Positions 1 through 8,168 of a DNA stretch of 32,000 bases are shown one piece after another. The notes under the pieces are model-generated. The model saw only the letters and a list, made by a program, of their open reading frames with translations, did no database searches and was not told the DNA's origin. The position numbers and the translations under genes were made by a program. The first letter of the stretch is position 1. The number at the start of each line of letters is the position of its first letter. This DNA is from Psychrobacter sp. DM4 (GTDB lineage: Bacteria; Pseudomonadota; Gammaproteobacteria; Pseudomonadales; Moraxellaceae): the NCBI RefSeq assembly GCF_051307035.1, contig NZ_CP195536.1, positions 2,790,001 to 2,822,000 of the forward strand. The letters run 5' to 3'.

Positions 1-121
1 TGACTTGGTTGCAGCTTGGTATGGCTTATTTTCATCAAGTAAATATTCAGTTAAAGATACTCAAGACATTAACTATCCATCCATGCGATGAAGAGATGTC
101 AAAAATAATATTTAATGACAA

Positions 122-144
122 AGAGTATTGGTTGCCAATACTCT
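122..144 (-). terminator. Hairpin downstream of the giant ORF, a possible intrinsic terminator
   Basis: AGAGTATTGG-TTG-CCAATACTCT has perfect 10-bp arms and lies about 30 nt after the stop at 177-179. On the minus strand it is followed by TTTGTCATT, only a moderate T-run. Confidence 0.35.
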
Positions 145-176
145 AAAATTAGCTCTAAAAACTAAAATATGTGATT

Positions 177-3100
177 TCATTCACCTGAATATTCATATAC
201 TAACCTTTGTAAAGATTGCATTACGTATTCTATTTTTAAAAAGCGACCAAATGCAAAATTTTGTAGTACTCTATATAAGAACTTTCGATGGTTATTGTCG
301 CTGCATACAATCATAAATCTTAAAACGAGCTTCGCAAGCCTATCTTCTGCAACTAAACCATCAATACTTTTTATAGCTTTTGTCATACATGCTGATATTG
401 CCTGCTCTATTATAATACGATGTACCTTATTACCCTGCACACCATACATATTATTTACGATTGAAGCTTCTAGGTAAATCTTACCAATTAAGCTGTTATG
501 AACTATCCTTTTATTGAATCCTATAAGTACTATGTTTTTCATTAAGCTTGCCAATAATGATACCGCTATTTCAGAGTCGGGAAAGTTTATAGTCGTATCG
601 TTCAAAAGGTTCGTAAGTATAATTAAATCATCTATTTCCTTAGATAGCTCAATAAGGTCAGTTAAGTAATACTGGAAATAAAGTCCGTAGAAAGCCATGT
701 ATTTTAAAGCGTTTTTTCTATCATCAAACGTTAAATATTTTTCATCAGTAAATTTCATCACTAAATGATGAAGGCTGATCAGATTACATTCAGTGCCAGT
801 TTTTATAAATCCGCCGATAACGGAATCTAGGCATAGCCAAGGTATTTCGTGAGATAGTGCAATTTTTATGCTACTGAAAACAGAATCACTGACCAATCCT
901 AAGTTTTTGACCTCAGAAACGATAGTTGGTAAATCAAACTCCTTAGGTTTTTCTATAATAGAGTTATCTAGCAGTGTTTGCAGGGCACAAATTAGTTCGC
1001 CATGAAAATAGTGAGTGCTATTAGAATTGATTGTGCTAACTTGACCTTCGTATTCATTAATTCTTAGAAAACTATCGTTAGTTACATTACTTATCCAAAG
1101 CCTAATTGCTCTGTCTGTTTCTTCACTGACGTAAATTGATGTTCCTAAAAGGAGCATGGATTTATACAAGTTAGTCACACATAAATATAGTATGCCGTAA
1201 ATATCAACTGTTAGAGCATTGAACTCTGTTATATCGCTATACGACTTAGTTAAACACTTGTTGGCGTTTTTATTTAGCAACAGGCTATGTACTATTTCTA
1301 CTTCTTCCTTAACCATACTACTTTGTATAGCTTTCATACCTTTTACATAGAGAGGTAAGTCAGACTTACGCAAGAACTCTTCAATACTCTCTTCAATAGG
1401 GTTATCTTGCTTAATTTTTTGTAGATAAGCACTCAAATCTTCAAGAGGGCTAACCTCACTTAATTTAATTTTTTCAAATAACGGTTTAGGGTAATTGTGC
1501 TGTGATTCATCAACAATTTTCATAGCAAGATCGTATATAGTGGCACTAACAGTCTCACGTTCTAAAAGTTTAACCGTTTCTAAACGGTACTGAGCTTCGC
1601 CACCTATATCTAAATTATTCAACTTTTTCCCAAGCTCACTTTCGATGCTAATTAAATCTTTATGTATGGCTAAATTACTATCGACTAATAGCTTTAAATA
1701 TTGTTTGCCATCTATCTCATAGGTAACGCCTCCATAGACGTTTTCAAAAACTTTGTCCTCTTCAAAGTTATTATTAACGCGACTGCTAAAAGAGTTTAGA
1801 TAGAAATTGGTTATTATAGGGGCGCTTTTGTACGGGTTATCTATGAATAGTTTGACTATAACAGCTTCTATAAAGTCAAAATCTATAAAGAAACCAACTT
1901 GGAATAGAAAAAACTCAAACTCATGTTTATCTAACGAGAATAAAGGAGTAGGAATACGAGATAGTTGCTGTTTTGCTAGCTTTGGATCTTCTCCACCTTC
2001 CATACAGCTTAATAAATATTCGTGCCAAACATACAAACTCTTTTCTTTGTCAATAAACTTATTATAGGTTGTTTGCGCTAGCCCGTACTTACTGGATTTC
2101 AAGTAATATCTGGCTTGAAATAAATATAAGTCATGATTCCATTCGTTATCCTGAATCTTAGACAACTCTTTAGATAAGGTATCAAGCTTATCTAAGCGTA
2201 ATAAGGAATGTAAATAATATAAATTAAGCTCGCTATTAACGCTTAAATCTTGGCATAAAAAGTTTAATATCTTATAAACAGTAACCTCAAATGACTTTCC
2301 TAAATTAAATAGATTATCGCACCATGTCTTTACCATGTATGGGTTTAACTCTTTAAGGGATTCGCCACTTTCCTCAATAAGATCATTAAGGTATACTCTG
2401 TATTCATTTTTCTTTATTTCGCTTTCAAAGCTAATAAAGGACAAAAGGATGCTCTTTATAACATTAGAGTCAAAATCATCATAAACAATTATTTCATTAC
2501 AATTTTCCAGCCATGCTTTCAACAAATCTAAGTCTATATTTTTGTGTAGAATCGCTCTTACTAAAGAGTTCATTTCGTCTTCAACTAAACCCTCATTCGA
2601 TTTTAATTTAAAAACAATTGACTCAGGAATGAAAAAAGGTTCTTCGTCTTTTATCTTTTTTAAGGCATCTCCCATTTTTTCATCAAGCTTACTTATATCG
2701 CCTTGAAACTTTAGACTTGCAATTTTAATCCCATTCAAACTAGTAGTAGCCATAGCTATTTTAGTAAGTGAAATTAAAATATTAACAGCTAAAAGCTCCA
2801 ATTCTAGCTCTTGCTTCATCGATATAATGCTTAAAAATCTATCAGAAACACTCTCTATTTTTCGGCTTGTATCGCGATTAATATAAGAGAAAGGTTCTTT
2901 TTGAGAGAAAATAATGCTGTTTATCTCAGTTGCTATACTCCAATACTGTATATTTACGGTTTGGTTTGAATTTGATATCTGTTTTAAGACAATGTTAGCC
3001 TTTAGATGCTCATTTGTTCTAATGAGGCCTTGAGCAAGATAAAAGAGAAGATAGTCGTCTAGTGTATATAATTCATTATCTAGCCTCGTCAAAAGCTCGT

Positions 3101-3572
3101 GTTTAGCTGAAAAATATTGATCATAAGCTGCCAATAAATAATATTTAGCATTACTACTAAATCTAGTATAAGCTCTCAAACCATTGTCAATGTTGTCTTT
3201 AACTATGGTTTTAATCAGTAAGTATTGGTATATTTCAAGATAAGGAGAAGGTTTATTAGACAATGCTAACCTTAATCTATCTGTGGGCATTAGACTATTA
3301 TTCTCAAGAGAGTCTATATAAATCAATAAAATATCAAATAGTGTTCCTACTTCCTCAATTGGCTTGTGCAAACTTTGATAAGGTAGAAGTTTATTTTTAG
3401 CATCCTCAAATTTTCCTGTAATACATGTAAGCATTACATCATGCACTATTTGATTTATATCAATAGGATCTAGCGAACCTTTGACGATGTTATATTGGTT
3501 TTCAATGTTGTTAATAATCTTGTCTCTGCCAACATTGTCACCACCTCCCAAATGCTCTTGATTAACTGCCAT
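177..3572 (-). CDS. Giant alpha-helical-repeat protein with a GreA/B C-terminal-like central segment and a putative C-terminal PIN-like nuclease domain. The TPR-GreAB-C-PIN type architecture is tentative.
   Basis: ORF of 1131 aa from ATG 3572 (TTG 3575 lies one codon upstream; aa numbering below follows the 1132-aa track protein). No Walker A motif. aa 488-541 are TPR-like (ARYYLKSSKYGLAQTTYNKF...). aa 608-672 (VFENVYGGVTYEIDGKQYLKLLVDSNLAIHKDLISIESELGKKLNNLDIGGE) resemble the GreA C-terminal signature (E. coli GreA ...[20 protein letters not shown]...). aa 786-960 have PIN-like spaced acidic residues: TVD791IYG, VSE818E, CLD917S, TFD951D. Confidence 0.5.
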   Translation of the reverse strand: MAVNQEHLGGGDNVGRDKIINNIENQYNIVKGSLDPIDINQIVHDVMLTCITGKFEDAKNKLLPYQSLHKPIEEVGTLFDILLIYIDSLENNSLMPTDRLRLALSNKPSPYLEIYQYLLIKTIVKDNIDNGLRAYTRFSSNAKYYLLAAYDQYFSAKHELLTRLDNELYTLDDYLLFYLAQGLIRTNEHLKANIVLKQISNSNQTVNIQYWSIATEINSIIFSQKEPFSYINRDTSRKIESVSDRFLSIISMKQELELELLAVNILISLTKIAMATTSLNGIKIASLKFQGDISKLDEKMGDALKKIKDEEPFFIPESIVFKLKSNEGLVEDEMNSLVRAILHKNIDLDLLKAWLENCNEIIVYDDFDSNVIKSILLSFISFESEIKKNEYRVYLNDLIEESGESLKELNPYMVKTWCDNLFNLGKSFEVTVYKILNFLCQDLSVNSELNLYYLHSLLRLDKLDTLSKELSKIQDNEWNHDLYLFQARYYLKSSKYGLAQTTYNKFIDKEKSLYVWHEYLLSCMEGGEDPKLAKQQLSRIPTPLFSLDKHEFEFFLFQVGFFIDFDFIEAVIVKLFIDNPYKSAPIITNFYLNSFSSRVNNNFEEDKVFENVYGGVTYEIDGKQYLKLLVDSNLAIHKDLISIESELGKKLNNLDIGGEAQYRLETVKLLERETVSATIYDLAMKIVDESQHNYPKPLFEKIKLSEVSPLEDLSAYLQKIKQDNPIEESIEEFLRKSDLPLYVKGMKAIQSSMVKEEVEIVHSLLLNKNANKCLTKSYSDITEFNALTVDIYGILYLCVTNLYKSMLLLGTSIYVSEETDRAIRLWISNVTNDSFLRINEYEGQVSTINSNSTHYFHGELICALQTLLDNSIIEKPKEFDLPTIVSEVKNLGLVSDSVFSSIKIALSHEIPWLCLDSVIGGFIKTGTECNLISLHHLVMKFTDEKYLTFDDRKNALKYMAFYGLYFQYYLTDLIELSKEIDDLIILTNLLNDTTINFPDSEIAVSLLASLMKNIVLIGFNKRIVHNSLIGKIYLEASIVNNMYGVQGNKVHRIIIEQAISACMTKAIKSIDGLVAEDRLAKLVLRFMIVCSDNNHRKFLYRVLQNFAFGRFLKIEYVMQSLQRLVYEYSGE

Positions 3573-3644
3573 CAATCTTGTCTCACAAAAATTACTATGT
3601 TAATAATTAATCACCTTGTCACCTCCAACGTTATCTCCACTTCC
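3507..3644 (-). repeat. Two copies of a 42-nt coding repeat for the peptide G-[SG]-G-D-N-V-G-x-D-K-[VI]-I-N, flanking the ORF junction
   Basis: 3603-3644 encodes GSGDNVGGDKVINY, the C-terminus of the 108-aa ORF. 3507-3548 encodes GGGDNVGRDKIINN, aa 10-23 of the giant ORF. By eye, roughly three quarters of the nucleotides are identical, and many differences fall at third codon positions. Confidence 0.8.
3600..3602 (-). other. Single in-frame TAA stop separating the 108-aa ORF from the giant ORF
   Basis: The two ORF starts (3926 and 3575) are congruent modulo 3. Minus-strand reading gives ...AAT TAT TAA CAT AGT AAT TTT TGT GAG ACA AGA TTG ATG GCA..., with no other stop between the ORFs. Confidence 0.9.
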
Positions 3645-3926
3645 TTTATGTTTTTGTTTTATATTTTTCACTGTTTGCTCCTGATGAACATTGACTATTA
3701 AGCTTTGGACTGTAGGATTCTGTTGTAGTTTTCTGCATATTGCTGCCTCACTTAAGTCCTCTAGCATACTGATTTCGTTTATTTGCTTTGCTAAAATCTC
3801 AATGTCAGAGTCATTAATGAACCATCTTTTCAATTTATCCTTCAAGGTTAGAGTGGAAACTTGAATACCATTTTTGACTAAATCATATACCATGCCTGAT
3901 AAAACTGTCTCGGTTAAATATTCCAT
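3600..3926 (-). CDS. 108-aa protein: a predicted helical N-terminal module followed by the GDNVGGDKVIN motif. It is possibly the detached N-terminus of the giant ORF.
   Basis: ATG at 3926 is preceded by AAAGGTGA (reverse complement of 3931-3938). The ORF is in frame with 177-3575 and shares the C-terminal motif with the N-terminus of the giant ORF. Confidence 0.6.
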   Translation of the reverse strand: MEYLTETVLSGMVYDLVKNGIQVSTLTLKDKLKRWFINDSDIEILAKQINEISMLEDLSEAAICRKLQQNPTVQSLIVNVHQEQTVKNIKQKHKGSGDNVGGDKVINY

Positions 3927-3938
3927 TTTTTCACCTTT

Positions 3939-4278
3939 TTATATTAGTTTAAGCAAAAACTCTACGCGACTGGCATCATCGCCTTTACCCATGTAACCAT
4001 AAGCCTTGTCTATAACCTTATCAAGCGCATTATGATCTTTGGTTAGCTCAGGGTAAGGATCAATCATATAAATATTGTAAAGCTTAGCGCGTTGGGGCAT
4101 CTTTACTGCCATCTTGGTGGTGCTTACGAGCGTCTAAGATAGCTTGAGCATCTGATCCGATAACATCTTTGACTTTTACTGTTTTAACATCTCTATCCTT
4201 GGCATCAAAGGAATATGGAAAATTGTTATATATAAATCATACACACCAATATAATCTGTACCCTAGCAAAATAAGAAC
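3939..4278 (-). pseudogene. Decayed C-terminal remnant of an MmeI/PglX-type (Type IIL/BREX-like) DNA methyltransferase
   Basis: Minus-strand translation gives ...GYRLYWCV*FIYNNFPYSFDA...AQAILDARKHHQDGS..., then a frameshift near 4100, then ...LYNIYMIDPYPELTKDHNALDKVIDKAYGYMGKGDDASRVEFLLKLI*. From memory, this matches the conserved MmeI-family tail (YNxFPWP ... ILDAR ... LYDP..MP.EL.KAH..LD.AV...YG ... R..FLFELY). It has an in-frame TGA at 4237-4239 and no N-terminal part. Confidence 0.6.
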
Positions 4279-5391
4279 TTACTTAGATACAAACTTAAAG
4301 CTACCACCACCTTTCCACCCTACGGACTTGGTAATCCCATCGAAATCAAGGTTCTCTACAATTGAATTAAGCCTTTTAACCACAAGACTTGCAACTTGAT
4401 CGCCTATTTCAATACCTATATATCTTCTGTTCATTTTATGAGCTACTGCAACAGTAGTGCCTGAACCTAGAAAACAATCTAAAATCAAATCGCCCTCTAC
4501 AGTTGAGATATCAAAAATCTTTTTTATTAGCTCCTCAGGCTTTGGTGTGTCAAAAACAAGATCATCTGAAAATAACTTTAAAATATGTTTTTTTGCTGAC
4601 TTACTCGTACCACACTCATCAGCTCGCCAGATTGTCTCATGCGAGGCGCTTATTGATGACAAGTCTAAGAATTTTTTTATTCTAGGTACACCAGAGCCAT
4701 CTCTACCGAACCACACGTTTCCTTTTTTTATTTCAGCTTTCATTTTCTCTTCATTATGAGCCCAACACCTACCTTTTGGTGGGTAATGCTCTTTTCCAGA
4801 AGGTGCTACAATCGTATAAAACTGACTAGCCACAGCATGTCCTGCCTGTACATTAGCTGAAACTGATTGCCATCTACCTCTAGGGTCATTATCAGGGTTT
4901 TTATACCTATCAATCATATCTTCTGTTGCTTTAGCCCTATTAGCGGATAAGGTAAACTTTTTAATATCAATACAATAAACCAATATGTACTCATGATTAT
5001 TAGAAAATAATTTGCGATTTTCTCTAGTGGTTCTATGTTGCCATATTACTGTTGTTAAATAATTCTTTGCGCCAAAAACACTATCCGCTAACAAACGCGC
5101 ATGGTGAACATTACCATCATCAATTGATATCCAAATACTACCGTCTTCTGTTATAAGAGGTTTAAGAAGCGCTAACGTCTTTTCAAGGCTTGACGACCAA
5201 GTTTTATGCTCTTTATTGTCGTTATAATGGTCATATACCTCACCGTTGTTATAAGGTGGATCTATGTAAACACACTTTACTCGACCCTCATAATCCTTAC
5301 TAATTCTTTTAAGGACTTCAATGTTGTCTCCTTGAAAGATATAATTACCTTGGGAGTCATGGTGATCTATATTTTCTAATTTATTCGACAT
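4279..5391 (-). CDS. Beta-class N6-adenine/N4-cytosine DNA methyltransferase (N6_N4_Mtase, Type III Mod-like short form)
   Basis: Motif IV DPPY (aa 44-47, nt 5251-5262) precedes motif I FLGSGTT near the C-terminus, which is the beta permutation. GTSKSAKKHILKLF resembles Mod-type motifs. Confidence 0.85.
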   Translation of the reverse strand: MSNKLENIDHHDSQGNYIFQGDNIEVLKRISKDYEGRVKCVYIDPPYNNGEVYDHYNDNKEHKTWSSSLEKTLALLKPLITEDGSIWISIDDGNVHHARLLADSVFGAKNYLTTVIWQHRTTRENRKLFSNNHEYILVYCIDIKKFTLSANRAKATEDMIDRYKNPDNDPRGRWQSVSANVQAGHAVASQFYTIVAPSGKEHYPPKGRCWAHNEEKMKAEIKKGNVWFGRDGSGVPRIKKFLDLSSISASHETIWRADECGTSKSAKKHILKLFSDDLVFDTPKPEELIKKIFDISTVEGDLILDCFLGSGTTVAVAHKMNRRYIGIEIGDQVASLVVKRLNSIVENLDFDGITKSVGWKGGGSFKFVSK

Positions 5392-5635
5392 TCATAATAT
5401 CTCAAGAGAAAGTTATGTCATACATTCTATACTAGAAATGACATGACATTTAATTAGAAGGCTTTAATATTAGGCGCTTACCGATTAAAACGTCATCTAT
5501 TGACGCATAGTTAAATTTGGCATAATTAGCTAAAAAGGTGGTAGCATTCAAAGCCATCATCGAAGTAACATTCAGTTTTAGTAATTAGGAAGCTCTTTTC
5601 AAGCATCAATATTCCATTTAAAAGGTTAAATTATT

Positions 5636-6958
5636 TTGTCTCTCTCCACCAAAAATGCTAAAAAAATAACCGCGCCTAACTATCTAGGTAGCAAACTAAG
5701 AATGATGGATGACATCCTACCTATTTTAACAGATGAGACTAATGAGGGTGAGTGGGTATGCGATCTCTTCTCAGGTTCAGGGATTGTTACAGCAGCGCTA
5801 TCAAACTATCGCTCAGTCATATCAGTGGATATCCAAAACTACTCTAATGAATTTATTAACGGTTTTTCTAGCCCTTTAATAACATTGAACGCCGAGGCTT
5901 TTTTGAACGATATTGGTCAAGAATTTAAAAGGCTATGCCTTTTGGTTCCGGATCTACTGCAATATGAGGATAGACTGTTGAATGACAGTGAGACTATATT
6001 TGAGTTGGCAAATTTTATAGAAAATGCCTCGTTTATTAGATACTCGCATAAAGATTTTTCTTCAAAATCTGAAAACCTCGATCAGATCATGCTTGACGCA
6101 ATCAGTATTTTAGGTGATAACGGAGTGAAGGCGGAGGATATTATTGCTACATGGAATTTTGGCGGTGTTTACTTCTCTTTTAAGCAATCTCTATTCATCG
6201 ATAGTATATTGAATACCATTAAGAGACAAAATTTAGAAAACATTAAATCTACTGTACTGGCATTAGCTTGCACCTTAGTTAATACAATAGGTAAACAGTT
6301 TGCTCAGCCTTTGAGTCCTTGGGACAAAAACGGTAACCCTAAGAAAAGCTTGTTTAAAAAGGCCAATTCAGACCGAGGGTTGAGCGCGAAAGATGTGTAT
6401 ATAAGTATTATGGAGGACTACTTAAATCAAACTCCAAGCCAATATAATGTACAAAGTTGGTGTATGGATTTCAAAGACGCGCTTAATTCATTACCGAGTC
6501 AGGTAACAATGGTTTACGCTGATCCTCCATACACTAGAGATCACTATAGCCGTTTTTATCATGTGCTAGAGACATTATCTTTAGGCGATATACCTGAAGT
6601 AAGTACTGTTAAAGTGAGAGATAAAATTAGTATAAGCAAAGGGCTCTATCGAAAAGATAGGCATCAATCAGCATTTTGCATTAAATCCCAAGCTTTTGAT
6701 GCATTTGATGACTTATTTCGCATAGCTTCTGAAAAACAAATAAAAGTACTCCTTTCGTACTCTCCTTTTGAGAATGAAGAGCACCCTAGAGTCATGAAAG
6801 TTGAAGAAATTATAAAAATCGCTAGTAAATATTTCGATAATTTTGAAGAAACTATAGTTACAAAGCTTAAGCACAACAAGCTAAATAGTAACTCCAATCA
6901 CTTAAATAGAGGCCTTCCAGCAGAGCTACTTCTTTTATTCACAAACCCTAAAGGTTAA
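5636..6958 (+). CDS. Alpha-class D12 (Dam-like) N6-adenine DNA methyltransferase with a large insert
   Basis: N-terminal NYLGSK, DLFSGSG (motif I) and ADPPY (nt 6521-6532, motif IV) occur in the alpha order. A TTG start at 5636 is required to keep the YxGSK motif. Length is 440 aa, versus about 280 aa for Dam. Confidence 0.8.
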   Translation: MSLSTKNAKKITAPNYLGSKLRMMDDILPILTDETNEGEWVCDLFSGSGIVTAALSNYRSVISVDIQNYSNEFINGFSSPLITLNAEAFLNDIGQEFKRLCLLVPDLLQYEDRLLNDSETIFELANFIENASFIRYSHKDFSSKSENLDQIMLDAISILGDNGVKAEDIIATWNFGGVYFSFKQSLFIDSILNTIKRQNLENIKSTVLALACTLVNTIGKQFAQPLSPWDKNGNPKKSLFKKANSDRGLSAKDVYISIMEDYLNQTPSQYNVQSWCMDFKDALNSLPSQVTMVYADPPYTRDHYSRFYHVLETLSLGDIPEVSTVKVRDKISISKGLYRKDRHQSAFCIKSQAFDAFDDLFRIASEKQIKVLLSYSPFENEEHPRVMKVEEIIKIASKYFDNFEETIVTKLKHNKLNSNSNHLNRGLPAELLLLFTNPKG

Positions 6959-8168
6959 ACAGCGTTGATGATAGGCTGCCAAAACGCATCGAGGTTTCAT
7001 CTTCAAAATATTCAAAAAGTGTAGTGGGTTCAATTAAATCACGGTGCTCATGAAAAGGGAATGTTAAGCGACATTTTCTTTGAGTGCTCCCACCTTTCTT
7101 GATCCAATTATCATCGACCCAAGCTTTTAAGGTCTGATAATAATCATGTTCAGGCATGAACAGTGAATAAATAAATGTTCTTTTTCCAACATTTATAAAT
7201 ATTGCTATTGGGTCACCGTTCTCTGGGTAGGCTAAACCAGCGGCGGCTGATAGTTCTATGCGGTAATTTTGACTGCTGACAGCTACGCATGGACGATACT
7301 CAATACTTTCAAGATTAGTGGTTACAGGATTAACGTGCCTTAAAATTACTTGTCTTGCACTAGTCTCCAAGCTCGCTTCAAAGTAATTAAGATAGGTATC
7401 TTTATTAAAATTAGCTTGTTTCCATCTATTACCAGATTTTGGTATTTCGGCAATTAATACTTCAGAATCTGCGTTAAAAAACCATCCATCAAAACCTTCA
7501 TTTTTAGTAAAATTTCTTTTTTGCGGATGATTATAAGGCCCTTCTGCACCATCTTTGTTTCTTGAACGAGCTCTTTTACGTAATTCTGCGCCTATACTAA
7601 ACCTTCTAAACATTCTGTCGTTTATTCTTGCCCTTAAGGCAACTGTCTCATCGTGTAACGGCTTTAAATTATGATGCGCGACCTCTAACCAGTTGTTCCA
7701 AGTATAAATAGTCTCTATTAGATTAGTAGAAGAAAGGCTTACTGCTGTGTAAGCTTCTTGGTTTTTCCTAATAGCACTCATAGTAAGGTTGTTGGAGCCT
7801 AGTATCAACCATCCTTGAGAGTGGTCTTCGTTGGCTAAAATACAAAATTTGGGATGAAAAATTCCACCGCCAGTAGTTTGAATATAAGCTTTTATATTGA
7901 ATAATTTATGATCGACAGCTTTCAAATGTTCTATGCATCTAGTATTTGTTATCGAATCAACACCTATGATTAAATTTATATTTTTAACCTTTTTTTGCTG
8001 AGCTATTTCATTAAACATTAAGTCAAAGCCGCCAGATGTAACGAATGCATAAGCACCATAAATTGAAGTAATGTCGCTCAAGTCGATACATCCTCTTAAT
8101 ACTTCATCTAGTGTGAGAACATCCTTAAAGTTCTTATCTTGAATATTTAATAATTTCAACATACTCAT
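6948..8168 (-). CDS. PLD-superfamily (single HKD-type motif) nuclease, a candidate restriction endonuclease of BfiI/NgoFVII-like design
   Basis: FH116PK118FCILANEDHSQGWLILGS136N137NLT (nt 7782-7856) fits HxK...GSxN. The C-terminal ~200 aa could be a DNA-binding domain. The preferred start is ATG 8168, preceded by AAGGA; the track start at 8201 is an alternative. The gene overlaps the D12 methyltransferase convergently by 11 bp. Confidence 0.7.
   Translation of the reverse strand: MSMLKLLNIQDKNFKDVLTLDEVLRGCIDLSDITSIYGAYAFVTSGGFDLMFNEIAQQKKVKNINLIIGVDSITNTRCIEHLKAVDHKLFNIKAYIQTTGGGIFHPKFCILANEDHSQGWLILGSNNLTMSAIRKNQEAYTAVSLSSTNLIETIYTWNNWLEVAHHNLKPLHDETVALRARINDRMFRRFSIGAELRKRARSRNKDGAEGPYNHPQKRNFTKNEGFDGWFFNADSEVLIAEIPKSGNRWKQANFNKDTYLNYFEASLETSARQVILRHVNPVTTNLESIEYRPCVAVSSQNYRIELSAAAGLAYPENGDPIAIFINVGKRTFIYSLFMPEHDYYQTLKAWVDDNWIKKGGSTQRKCRLTFPFHEHRDLIEPTTLFEYFEDETSMRFGSLSSTLFNL

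Noticed and set aside
1-43. A possible minus-strand gene start (ATG at 41-43, MKISHTKLQPS...) running off the left edge.
   Set aside because: Only 14 codons are visible and there is no clear Shine-Dalgarno sequence. This is too little to support a feature.
177-3575. The idea that the giant protein is a STAND/AAA NTPase (NACHT/NB-ARC-like) defence sensor.
   Set aside because: No Walker A (GxxxxGK[ST]) or Walker B-like motif is visible anywhere in the 1132 aa.
4580-8000. Homopolymer tracts (A/T)7 inside the methyltransferase and nuclease genes (around 4588-4594, 4672-4678, 4723-4729 and 7991-7997) as phase-variation switches.
   Set aside because: Tracts of 7 nt encoding Lys-Lys or Phe-Phe are expected in roughly 30% GC coding DNA and are shorter than typical contingency-locus repeats. 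No long tandem simple-sequence repeats were seen.
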